Shown: positions 49,151-61,861, counted from the stretch's first letter. The stretch: DNA of 64,000 nucleotides from Adineta vaga (GCA_021613535.1 CP075494.1:310001-374000), one strand, 5' to 3'. Translations and numbers: made by a program. The notes: generated by a model not told the origin, from the letters alone.

Positions 49151-49789
49151 AAAAAAAATACAATTAATTTATAAATCAATGATTAGGAAAAGAATCGAAC
49201 TAAATTATCATTCATTGAATGTTAACTCAGATTGATAAAAACAATAAATATTCTACTTTAAATGACTTCTATATGTACAGTAATGATCTTGAGGGTGAGG
49301 GTGTATTAGAGAGAGACATTCTCACCCAAAATTTAAACAAATATATTCCTGTCAATAGATGCGAAGAAATAAACGTAAAAGAATTTGAATTAGTCATAAA
49401 TTTATATTATATTATTATCTATGAAGATTATAATTGAAATTATTTTTCTTTTTTCTTTTTTCATCGTTTACACCTTCAAGATGCTTTTACAATCATCTCT
49501 ATGAATAGAATACAATAAGTATACATCTTAATGTTTTTAAGTGCTTGATTAATTATATTGCGCACTATTTATTTCATTTGTCATTTTATATGTTTATAAC
49601 TGGCTAATTCTTTGAATCTTTTTTTAGTCATTTATAGATAATATATTCACAGACATCAATTTCAATATTTTAGTGATCGAAATCAATGAAAAAGATGATA
49701 GTAATACACCACGATTATAAAGTATATTTTATTTAAACTGAAACATCATATAAAGCATTGACATAAAACTATAGGAATAGTTCTTCTAA

Positions 49790-50716
49790 TTAATGACAAA
49801 TTCTATTGAAACAACGATTTATGCGATCTTTCCAATATTGACGAACTTCATGATTATAAATAAATAAATCCACTATTTGAATAGTAATAGTAAATGTAGG
49901 TGGAATCTGTAATACATTATACAACCAATTGGGTAATATGAGACCTGGCAGAGCTAAAACAATATAAAGTGATCCCCATCCTAAAATAAATACAATAAAT
50001 AAGAAAATGATATGTTTGAGTAATTTTATATCTCGACGATGTTGTTGATGATTTTTACTCGTTATAGATGTAACAACCACCGTGATCTCATGAACGCGTC
50101 GACTGGATGATCGAACAAAAGCCACAATAATCCCATTAAAAATTATATTAACAATTACAGGAATTATAACTATGACGGATAAAATATAGGACCAAATCCA
50201 ACTGGAGAATCCAATGCCACCGACACTTACCTACAAATAATAGAGGGAAAATATTTTTTTTTGTTTCACTGATTTTACCTTTGAATTATGAAGTACAATT
50301 GGTATTGAGATAAGTAAAGTAAATATCCATTGCACAATTATTGATAAATATATCCAAGCTTTACTTTTAAAAAATCGCTTCATTGGAAAACATATTGTAA
50401 AACATCGATTGATAGTAATGGCTACTAGAGAATGAACTACTGAACAATTTAAGATTTGTCCAGCAGATGATGTAAGTGTTATTAAGATAGGAGTTCTATA
50501 AAGAACGTATATATCGAATAAACCGGACGTTTTTTCTATAGCCCAGTATATAACACACATGAGACAATTTAAACAGAAACTTGCCGTCAAAATATTATTT
50601 GCAGTATGAAAACGTTTGATAAAAATGATTGATAGAAGATAAAGTAATGGAAATGGAATGGTAAGAACGAAAATGATAGCTTGTATAATAACAATAACGT
50701 ATAGTATGTCTACCAT
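49790..50716 (-). CDS. Orphan rhodopsin-like GPCR, 2 exons
   Basis: Exons 50716-50279 and 50230-49790, with VAITINRCF, RRDIKLLKHI and IYNHEVRQY. Confidence 0.82.
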
Positions 50717-51070
50717 GTTTATGTAGTTTTTGGAATGAGTTTTAGACGCAAAATAATGATGTTTATTTTAAAAAAAGTTTCTTTTTCTTAGACTTTTATA
50801 GGTTTTTAGTTCAACGACATAGAATGTAATATTATTTTACACATCTATGGATCTAATGTAGAAGATAATTTGATAAAAACATTTTTTCTCGCCTATTTGA
50901 ATATAATAGTTGTGATGATTTTAATGGAAGAGATATATGTACCAATAGAACGACTGATTTATTATTTTTTTCAAGAATCGCATCACTCTGATGCAAAACA
51001 TGCGATTATATACTCGTTGGTTATCGAAAAGTGAAAAAGAGGTTATATGAAAAACATTAAGCTGTATAGA

Positions 51071-51184
51071 AGGGTGAGTGTGGGTGAAGATACAGTAAGG
51101 GCGAATCTCACTCACACTCTCAGCCTTACCCACACCCACATCCACACCCTGGTGTGGATAGAGAAAAGACATCCTCACCCTTGA
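51071..51184. repeat. Compound telomere-hexamer palindrome
   Basis: AGGGTGAGTGTGGGTGA...CCCACACCCACATCCACACCCT plus a second small unit ending CTCACCCTTGA, about 14 bp past the RBR stop. Confidence 0.8.
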
Positions 51185-51197
51185 TTTAACTTCAATA

Positions 51198-53009
51198 CTA
51201 GTTTGGAAGTGGCGTATAACGATCGCATTTTCGTTTAAAATGTTGACCTCCCTTGATGGATTCCGAACATGAAAAACAGTATTGTTTCATACATCCCGTA
51301 CATACAATCCAATTATCTTCACCAATTTTAGCATTGAGTTTTTGACACGAATCATTCGGACATGCTTTTACTCGTCGAACAATAGCAGCACCGATAAGTG
51401 ATCGGTTATTAATTATGAATTTCGTTTCTTCCTCGCTTTCATTCTCTTTCAATTGATTCGAATCAACTTTTTTGCTATTCTGTACAGATTGTTGTACTAA
51501 ACAACGAAGAGAAAACTTTCATCGTATTTCGAATGAAAAGATTTCTTACTTAATTCTTCTCTGATCCATTTGATTGATGGAACCACAGGAAATTGATATA
51601 ATAACGATGTTATCTGAGGATCTCGATTACCTTCTGCACCACCCCAGAAAAAGTCACGATAACAGTTCGAACAACGCATATGTATACACCCACCATTTTT
51701 CTCAATTCTCACATGACAATGTGGACATAATTGAGTATTAAGTATATCCATTCGTTCAGCATTCAATATTGTTTCTAATAATTGATCTTCTTCTACTAAA
51801 TTAAGAACAATTTCTCGGTATGATTGTTTAGCAAGATGTCGTTCCGCTTGAATTATTTTCTGTTTGTCGGTTAGAGTTTTTTCTGCAAAAGATCTTTCTT
51901 CTCTTGTAGCAGATACCGTTTGATCACCTTCTTGTATTCTTCGAATTCTTTCACGTCTTTCTTCGGCTTCCCTATGACGTCTTTCCAATTCTCTTCGTCT
52001 TTTCAATAACATCTGTTCTTCTACATAATCTTTTGGACACGTAGTTTGAAAATGAAATAATTCTTTACATTTCTTACAGAATGTAAAATGGCATTGATGA
52101 CACACGCCTAATGTATCATCTTTACTACCAATAAGAACAGCAGATTGACATCTAAATCAAACATTGTTAACAATGAATAGTTATACCGTTTCTGAGAAAA
52201 ACTAACTTTGGACACCAAATAATATCATCCATGGATTGTAAAGCACGTTGTAATGTTATTCTTTCGTATCGTTCGTATAAATTTTCATTTTGAAGAATTT
52301 CTTTGATTTCATTAGGAAGTAATGCTTTTTGACATTGATTTTGTGGACAATGAACTTGTTCACCAAATTGACCATTGTTGAATGTCAATTGTACATAATT
52401 ATTTAAACATAATCGACAATAGAAATGTCCACAGCGATAAAGACGAATGCAATTAGTACCGGAAATCATATCTGTACATATAAAACATGTTTGAAGTTGA
52501 TTTCGAAATTGTTGTTCTTCTCGTTCATTGTTATAATTGATTAAATAGTGATAAATTTGTTCGATATTTTCAGCGAGATGACCATTTAATGCTCGTGGAT
52601 CATTTATTTGTTCATCGAAGTTTTTTTCGAATACTAATTCATTGGTAATTTCCTGTTTAATCAATTCAATCCAATCAAAAACACAAACTTCACCTTTAAC
52701 AAATGCATAGTCATCAAGTTTATGACAAAGATTTTGTAAAGACATTTTTGAAAAATAAAAACATGAAAGAACAAATGACGGAGGATAATCACTTGGATAT
52801 TCATCATGATAATGAATAATTAAATTAAATGGAGGTAAATAACGAATCATAGCTGTTTTGTCATTGCATTGAATATGAAATGATTCATTTAAATCGAAAT
52901 CAATTGAAATTTCATATTGATCATTACTATCATTAAGAAGACGAAATTTTGTATCAAATATGGATTGTAATGCTAAAATTTCTTCAGTTTGTTTTTCCGA
53001 ATTTGCCAT
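51198..53009 (-). CDS. RNF14/ARA54-like RBR E3 ubiquitin ligase (RWD-RING1-IBR-RING2 plus extra Zn finger), spliced
   Basis: RWD ([17 protein letters not shown]), RING1 (CFIC...CGHFYCRLC...CPQNQC), IBR (WCPK, C...[12 protein letters not shown]), RING2 ([17 protein letters not shown]) and a C-terminal CPNDSC..NAKIG..C..C..YCFSC domain. Confidence 0.88.
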
Positions 53010-54344
53010 CTATATGATGTAGAAACTATTGAAACATGTTGATATATATAAATACGAGGTTACTTTCTGTTTCGAAATTACAACATTACATCAGCGTGTT
53101 CTTACTATGTCAATAAGAAAGAAAAAAATAGAATATATATATCGTGTCGTTCTTATTAACGTCCATCTGTGGGTATGAGTGTGAGTCAGTAAGAATAAAA
53201 TATAAGCCCACACCCTCAACTTTTGGCAACATATTAATGAATAATAAGATCAATTTGTTTTTCTTCGCAATTACGTCCAGAAATGCCATTGAAACATAAA
53301 CATTTCTAATCAAATAATAATAATGATCGACCAATACCAACATATCATATTATCACAATAATCATTTGAATATCCTTACCTACAATTACAATAGAAATTT
53401 GTTCGATTTATTTCTTTGCATATACCTAAAAATACATTGATATTTATTTCATCATTTATCTGTAAAGACGTACTGTTATAGAGACAATAGTATCTGTTTT
53501 ACGTAGTTGATAATTATATTCACAATTGTTACTATTAAAATAAGATGAACATATACAAGAATTATTAATATATATTCCATTATTTTGACATGATTGAGTA
53601 TTACAAAAGTTCATTGAAATATTTCAAGAAGTTTCCATATAACTTGAATTACATTGAACAATAAAAAATGGAATGAATAGTCATAGATATAGATGAAGTA
53701 CTCTTAACTAAAAAAGGAAAAAGAATATTTTGATTCTATTTATTTTTAATTTAGTTTTGATAAGATAATTACTTGAAACATAGTTGAATTGGAACAGCTA
53801 GTTGATGAAATTAAATTCGTATCCATTGATTTAGAATCCATCTCTACCATAATAAATCACGATTCTGTTGATATATAGTTCCATTCCAAATAGATTAATA
53901 AGATCACACGTCCAGTGATCCGATCAACCTGTCCATTTCTTCTAATTTGATTGTTTATATCAATATCCCATATAGTATTATTATTATCATCAATGATAGT
54001 ATCATGCGTACAATTGCACCATAAAATGATTCTCCGTTGACTAAACGTAAAGACAAAATCCGTCATTATTATATAACTGAAATAGAATTTTACCAGAAAG
54101 ATTTTCGTAAAAACTAATCAAATGTTGATCGAGTCGACAAAAAAAAATTCTATACGATTAATATATAAGATACACAGAAACTTTTTTTTATTATTTATAC
54201 TAAATTTAGCAAAAACTTGAGGATGATGAAGGCGTGAGTATAGAGAGAATGAATTCGCACATACACTCACATTCACGAGAAAAATACAGATACAATTTCA
54301 TAAAGAATTTATATCGAAAGACAAATATAAATCTATATTCGATG

Positions 54345-54864
54345 TTATTGATTGGCTTGAACAAATGTTCGTAACATAGCTAATAGATCTTTCGTGTTTC
54401 GAAACATAATGATAACTTTATTCACATTGATTTTTGTTTTTGCACTATTGCTACAACAATTTTGTATTTTAATTTGATCACCAGTAAATGTAACTCTCAT
54501 AACACCACATTCATCATGTCTTGTTGTATAAATTACAATAGTTTCTGTTTTATTTATTGTTAAATGTTCTTCTTCTATTTCACTTTTCAAAATCGATGTT
54601 ACGATATTTTGTACTGCTGTTGTATTTATATGTACACCCGCATATGAAGAGCAAAATTGAACAATATCACCGACATATGTATTTAGATCTCCTTTTCCCG
54701 ATATTGTTCTTTCAAAGGTATGCGAAGTAGTGTCGAAATAATTGTGCATCTGCTACGTCGACAGTGTAATTGTCATCAATCTTCAATATATAGTTCAATA
54801 TCAAAAACGCTAATGGTCGAACTATAACTCTTATCGCTAATGGTAAACTATCAATAGCGGTCAT
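54345..54864 (-). pseudogene. Unknown ~170-aa alpha/beta protein split by one frameshift
   Basis: MTAIDSLP...NYTVDVAD continues in the adjacent frame as MHNYFDTT...FVQANQ* near 54750. No intron signals at the shift. Confidence 0.55.
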
Positions 54865-55709
54865 TGTGGTACGCGTTTGATTGGGAACCAAACTGTAAAG
54901 ATGCGATCGCATTTGACGTATATGTATGATTATAAGCCATAATTCAAAGTTGAATCGAAAACCGTTAGTAAAGACAATCTATAAGTAAACAAATATATGA
55001 ATTTTTTCCTCTGATTTATAACTAATCTTATTTGAATATATTTCATATTGTCATATTACAGAAGGATTTCTCAACAACTAAATACTACCTACATATCATT
55101 TATATTAGAACTAGAAGAAATAAAACAAAATACTTTTTTTAATTCTTACTTGTTATTATGTGCGTATGATATTTATTTCGAAACAAATTTCAAATCTCTA
55201 AATATGTGTACATTCGATCTGCAACCTTGACTAACCCTCGTGTTTCCTTTTTGTTTTATACACGCCTAAACCGCGAGTACTTATATCCAAGATAAAAGAA
55301 AAGAATAGGATATACTCGAGAAATAAGACAGAACTGAAAAAGAAAAAAAGAACCAACACATATACATGTTATTCCTGTCATATTTTTAGTATGTGAGACA
55401 ACAACTTTATTCTATGCTGAATCGATATGTATATAGCGCGTATATTTTTGCCATAAACTACGATAAATGAAGAATACAGCGGAAAATACTGTATTCAACG
55501 TGGAAAAAAACGAGTAGCATGAATTTTGCAGTTGACTTTGGGTATTTTGTGTTTTCAAAGTTTGTAAGTACAAAGTTATTGATTGCAGTATATTGTCTGA
55601 TGTTAGATATATTATAGGATTTCTCGCATTCTGTGGTGAATACTGACTTTTAGTTTTCTTATGCTGTTACAACTGCTAATTTGGATCCGCACTCAACTGT
55701 TTACATGAT

Positions 55710-56310
55710 CTAGCTAAATATAATCAAGGATTTTCGTTCATTTTTTCTCGCTTTAACGATTTCCTTGGTATTGAGCGATAGTTGCATAGGAACAATAATT
55801 TCTTTTTCTTCGGGCGAAACGTGTGATTGAAAGCCAGGTTCACACTCTCTGCCATGCTTTTCACCACCTTTTTTGACTATATACGATCGACCAGGTAACA
55901 CCATACTTATAGTACAATTTAGTCTTCTTTCCAGTATTTCTCGACATAATTAATAGCATAATCGGCAAGACAACCGTAATATATACCGCAGCCGAAATTA
56001 TGTTTACCTTTCGGCAACGATGTCAGGTCAATATCTCCGAGGCTCGCCGGTTCATAAAAATTGGTTTTAGCAATACTTTTCAACGCGTCATGTTTTGAAC
56101 CATAATATAGACAAAAACTACCTGGCTATTATCTCCAAGTTGGCTGCGGTAATGATTGAAGCGCTCGAATAGCAATTTATTTCGAATAATTTGAAGATCA
56201 TATATTCGATATTTTAAAATATCTGAAAGACTGTTGAAAACTTCCTTTCGACATCTTGCCACCAGTACGACTCTGGGATAATATCACTAATTGAAACTTC
56301 AATTTCATGG
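55710..56310 (-). pseudogene. PARP-like catalytic domain pseudogene
   Basis: IIRNKLLFERF...VFVY, then GSKHDALKSIAKTNF...FGCGIYYG..ADYAINY, then MVLPGRSY...SHVSPEEKEIIV, spread over three frames. This is the H-Y-E ART layout with the His position lost at a frameshift. Confidence 0.7.
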
Positions 56311-56521
56311 CAAAATAAAAGATTCTCTCTGCTTTCCATTCTGGAAAAAAAGATATGCTGAGAAGAAAATATAAGAGACAAGTTCATATCTTTTATTTCA
56401 AACGATATTATGTGAACCCTTTATTTGATAACTATTGTTATCAATAGTCTCACCCTCAATTGTGAGAACAATACGCAGTGTGATACTTATATATCATATA
56501 CAGTTTATGCTACTATATTAT

Positions 56522-57442
56522 TTAGTGTGTAGTTAGTCCATTGATATGAGTTACTCGATTTTGTCGTCTGATATATTTATGTATTAATTGTATGAATTCA
56601 CGTCGAAATGATTTTGATACAATAATAAATAGATAAAATGGAGAAATAAAAAGAAATTGAGAAAAGAAATTGAGAAATGCATCGATTTGAATACGTTCTA
56701 TTGTTTTATTTATTGTAGATGATGTTGCCGCATTATAAAGAAGATTAGCTGCAAAAGGTATTGATGCAATAATATTAATTAGAATTTCAGCAATTAACAT
56801 TCGTATTAAATCTCGATCTTTTCGTTTTATTCGTTCCAAACCAATTTGTCGTTGTCGCAGATTACGTACAGCAAGAAAACCAAATATACTCATTAATATT
56901 GATGAAAGAACAACAATTGTAATGAATTGATATATTGGATAAAAGAATTTATAAAAATCAAATAATCCACATATATTTGCACGAATATCTAAGAATATTA
57001 ATATATGTGATCCTATAATTAAACCAAAAATACACATAAAAATAATTAAACAAAATGCTATTTTCATGGAACTAAACGAACGAATTCGAATATTTATATG
57101 TGTAAACAAATATAAATCAATACAAGCAAATACAATTAAATAACGTGTATATAAACCAAATACATGACTTAAATATAAACGCATTTTACAATAAATTAAT
57201 GATATGATTTGTAAATCTGCATTATTAAGTGCATAGAAAATTGGTATAGTCGACCAAATAAGATACATATTAGCAAAAAGAGATAAAGTAAAAAAATAAA
57301 TAGAAGATGCTAATCGAGTTGAAAATTGCTTAAAAAATAAAATACAACAAAAGATATTACCAATAAGACCCATAATGAAGATGGTACTCATGAAATATTG
57401 AGTTATAATTTGTTGAATCAATGGAAAGATAGTTGTCGACAT
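56522..57442 (-). CDS. Orphan rhodopsin-like GPCR
   Basis: GLIGNIFC, YCKMRLY, FACIDLY, KDRDLIRML and SPFYLFIIVSKSFRREF. Confidence 0.85.
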   Translation of the reverse strand: MSTTIFPLIQQIITQYFMSTIFIMGLIGNIFCCILFFKQFSTRLASSIYFFTLSLFANMYLIWSTIPIFYALNNADLQIISLIYCKMRLYLSHVFGLYTRYLIVFACIDLYLFTHINIRIRSFSSMKIAFCLIIFMCIFGLIIGSHILIFLDIRANICGLFDFYKFFYPIYQFITIVVLSSILMSIFGFLAVRNLRQRQIGLERIKRKDRDLIRMLIAEILINIIASIPFAANLLYNAATSSTINKTIERIQIDAFLNFFSQFLFISPFYLFIIVSKSFRREFIQLIHKYIRRQNRVTHINGLTTH

Positions 57443-58568
57443 TGTATATTAAAACAAAAATAATTTTTACTTTTTTCTCAATATACATATTACAATTCTA
57501 TGATACTTTTATAGAAAAAAAAAAAGAATAATCTCGATTAGAATAAAAAAAGAACGTTGTTTCTTTTTTTATGATGAAAGAGAGGATAGATTAAATGTTA
57601 AAAATAGTGTATGTGTAAAGAATATTTTTAATTGAATTTCGGTAATTATGAAACATGAAGATATATCTCATTTAAAAGAGAATTGAATAGAATATATTGT
57701 ATTCTTTTAGTTTTCTAATATCATAAAAAATAAGTTGGCTTTTTTTTTTCTTCATTATAAATTACGATTTAATTCAACTTTTTATGCATTGTCAGTTTGA
57801 AAGATTCTGTTCTGATTATTTCGTGTTCATAAGTTATCAACTATCTCTCTCTGAATAGAAGGACAACGTCTGAGGAGTTTATAATAATAATTATAAAGAA
57901 AAAGAGCAGACAAATTGAGATACATAATTTATCAAGGCGTTCATTGAACCATGTGATTATTAAGAAAAACGGATTTTTTTAATATTCTTATTTGCATTAG
58001 AATGAGAAGAAGAAGAAGAGGAGAAAAGAATATTATTGTATCATTCTTTTCACTTTTGTTTTTCAATACAAATGGAAAAAGATTTTAGTCGTTTCTGTTG
58101 AACTTTCAGAACTTATCGTTCATATGACACTTTATAAATATATAATGAAGATACATTATGAAAAAGTGTTTGATCTTTCCGTCTACGATTATCCGGTATG
58201 AAGATTTCGTAAGAACTTCGATACATTTTTTGTTACCTGGTAACATAAAATCTGCAGCAGGAATGAAAATCGTTGTAATATTCATTTCATCGAACAAAAT
58301 GCAGTTCTTTTCTTTTGTTTTACTTAGAAAGAGAATTTCATTCACATCGATATCGTCAATAACCGTTTATTCATCGATTCTCTTGCTTCCTTGAGTAAAT
58401 AATTCGGCCCTAATCATATCAATTTAAGTTTATTGAATGGAAAAAAACCACATGTTAATGCGAGAAAATTTCCAACGAAACGTTGAAGTATAAAAAAGAT
58501 GTGTATATCAAATCTTATCTTTATTCAAAGCTACTTCATTTGCTTTTTAAGTAGGAGTACTAAACAAG

Positions 58569-59607
58569 ATGAAGATTGTTCTTAAAACGCTCGACAACAT
58601 TCACATACCATTTCAAGTTGAACCGTCAGACACATTTGGTAGTTTCGAAGAACAAATCTACCATGCAATAGGTGTCCCGCCTGACTTTCAGAAACTTGTT
58701 TTCGCTGGTCAAGTATGTTTCTCATCCGACACATTTAGTGACAGAAATATTCAAGATGGAAGTCAGATTTATTTGGCTCATAGAATGAAAATGTACCTAA
58801 CTCCATCAACATATATCTCGAGTAAGTACACATTGGAAAATAAATAAATAATTATATATATATTGACTTTTCCAAAGTTACGTAGTAACTAGAACTCCTC
58901 TATGATTTCATTTAGAGAAGATTCGACACGACTCATTTCTACGTAGTGAAGATTCAGATCACATGATTATTTGGCTTGATCGAAAAATTGACGAGCAACA
59001 ATTTTATAACAACTTGAAAAATGCTTTTTCATTCATATCGGAACTTAAAAGCAAAAATCAACCAGAACAAACTCCAAAACGTTCAAAAAAAGCCCTTTAC
59101 ACAAATTATACTTTGTCTATGACGGTTGCTACTGTGACTTGTGTATTAGAAGTATTCTCAAGCATTACAGACTGTCTGAATTGCTTCGATCAAAACAAAA
59201 ATAAATGCATATTTTTCATCACATCGAACGCCATGGCAAGATTAGCTGTACCATTGATTCTCGATAACTTTCGAGAAATATTCACTGATTTATTGACATA
59301 TGGATTTCATTTGTCAATTTATGTATTTCGTGAAAATGATGGAGAGCAACTAGATTGGGCATTTGATTATAGAAATAATATTCAAGTATTTGATTTTGAT
59401 GAAGATCTGTTCGTTCGTTTGATACGTGATATTGCTGATTATCATGTTGCTGTTGGTAGACATATCCTGAAAAGTTCTCCGTCACATATTGCAGCTGTTC
59501 ATCGTCGACTTTCTTGGTCAGAAAAACTATATGGTCGGTATTGCGACATAGAAAATGTCTCTCTGAAGAAAGAATTCGATGAAATCAATGTACTTCTTGG
59601 AAAATGA
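58569..59607 (+). CDS. Ubiquitin-like domain fused to a receiver-like domain, 2 exons
   Basis: Ubl (MKIVLKTL...VEPSDT...GVPPDFQKLVFAG...IQDGSQIYL) with no diglycine. Intron 58822-58915 joins in frame to DHMIIWLD...CIFFITS...SIYVF. Confidence 0.78.
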
Positions 59608-60470
59608 AACATAAGTAAAGCAGGGTGTGGGTGTGGGTGTGAATGTCGCTGAGAATAACGATATGAAGTTAGGGCGCACATCCACTGTGATTTTCAATAA
59701 AGAAAAAATTCCCAACACCTGTCATTCTCAGACTCCTGCACAAAATCGACAAAAAATAATTTTCTTTCCGAACATCCGGACACGTTACTATAGGTATTCG
59801 GAATGGGTGATACGAAATGTAGTTCACCCGAATTTTGCACTTGACTTTGGGTATTTTGTGTTTTCAAGTTATTATCGAAAGCTCTTGAATAGTATATTCG
59901 TAAACCTTCTAAATGTTAATATCATCTAATAAAATATACAGTTCGAATTGATAATGGAAGAGAGATATAGATACGGGAATTTATCGAAATACTAAGAATT
60001 CGAGATCATCTATCACTAAAAGTTTATTAATATATTTTATTAAGATCTTGAGGGTGTGAATAGTGTTCATTTTTTACCTATACTCTTATTTTCAATCATA
60101 ATCATGAAAAAAGGTCAAGCTTTAAGTGCTAGTTCTTCTTTTCTTTCCATTTTTTTTTTCTTTTCTTGATGAAAAAAAATGACTTTGAGAATTGTTATGC
60201 ATCGTAATAGTAGATGTTTTTCTTTCTCTCGTCAGTGAACTGTGCACATAGTTTCTTCATATATATATAAATGATGGAATATGAAAATGAGAATTTTCTC
60301 CATTCTTTTCTTCGTTCAACTTGACGATAACCATGGTAACAGAAGAAAAAGAAAATATATTTATCTGTAGTATTTTTTTCCTTCTCATTCTTAGTCGAGA
60401 AACAAGTAAATTTAGTCGATATTTATTTCTTTTTTTGATTTTTACGTTTAAAAGAAATACTGCTTTTGTA

Positions 60471-60946
60471 ATGAGCCATCCACACGGTACATTAGAAGTT
60501 ACTATTGTCGAAGGTCGTCATCTCAAAGATGAAGATGTTGTGGGTAAAAATGATGCTTATGTTGAAGTTTATGTAGACAAAGATTATAAACAACGAACAA
60601 CTACTGTTCACAATTCGAATAATCCAACATGGAATGAAAAATTTATCTTGTAAGTTTAGCTTTTTATTAGATTTTATTTAATATTTTCATTTAAGTAATT
60701 TACGAAAACATGACGATGATTTACATTTACATGTATATGATGATGATGTAGTTGGTCGAGATTCTGTTGGTTCAGCAAAGATTGATTTAAAAAAACATGT
60801 CTTTAGTAAAGGACGTTATGATCAATGGGTTAAACTACCAGCTATGTTAGGTCTTCGTTCTAAAGGTGAAATTCATATTATTATTGAACATCATGTAAGA
60901 AACCTTGTTTTTTTCTCAAATATTGATATTTATATTTTAGCCATGA
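60471..60946 (+). CDS. Single C2-domain protein, paralogue of 39489-39977
   Basis: HGTLEVTIVEGRHLKDEDVVGKNDAYV and LHVYDDDVVGRDSVGS. Same intron positions and the same Pro-stop micro-exon. Confidence 0.9.
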
Positions 60947-61365
60947 TACAAATTTATACTTCGAACTTTACTTATCCATTATTAGTTTTCAAGTAGTACA
61001 CAACTAGTATTTCTAAATTCAATTTCACAATAAAAATCATGCTTTTTGTAATTTATTTCAAACCTAATTGTTATACTTCATAATTAAAAAAATGAAGGTC
61101 AGATTCACTTTTATTTGTGTTTGACAGTTGCGGCGAGGAAACTCTTCTGTTATATGAGAAATGCTTTTATGGAAACGAAATGTATCATCTTTTTTTTAAT
61201 AATTTCAATATATTTCCTACAGATGCTCCATTGTTTTAACGAACTGTTACTATGTTGTTAGAAAATCTACTGTGATGTTCTGTTATTCAATCAAAAATTA
61301 TTGTTTAACAAAATATAAATCATTGAAATTTCTATTCACTTTATCTGATCAAAAGTTATCATTAA

Positions 61366-61426
61366 TCTTGTGGGTGTGGGTGTGGAGAGTTAGTTCTCTA
61401 GTCTTCACTCACGCCCATCCACACCC
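61366..61426. repeat. Telomere-hexamer palindrome
   Basis: TCTTGTGGGTGTGGGTGTGGAG...CACTCACGCCCATCCACACCC. Confidence 0.8.
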
Positions 61427-61861
61427 GTTTAATGTTAAAACTTGTGTCAAAAGCTGACAGATGTGATTAAATATATGTGTTAACGAAAATTAAAAAGTCT
61501 TTGATACACTTCGGAGTATGCTTTGTACAATAGTATTAGACAAAGCTGATACTGATGACTATAAACTATATCGCTTTTGAGGTGACGCGTTAGGCGTACA
61601 AGCTGATGTATAGATATAACTCTTATCTCATTACATCGATACAGAACGATTTGAAAAGGCAAATAGATCATAAAAAGGTAAAAAATAGTTAATCTAGACA
61701 AACAAATAGCAAAGATGTCTGAATAGTTTTATTTTACTTTATCGTCCTTTAAATAATGGCAAATATTGACTGTAGAGAGTTTCACAATCTATAGACACAA
61801 ACCCACAACAGAATTATAAGTTTATTTGACAAAAAAGATTTCTTAAGGCAAGTACAACATT

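Noticed and set aside
53770-54130. Coding-like minus-strand fragment
   Set aside because: Short, interrupted by stops and with no recognisable family.
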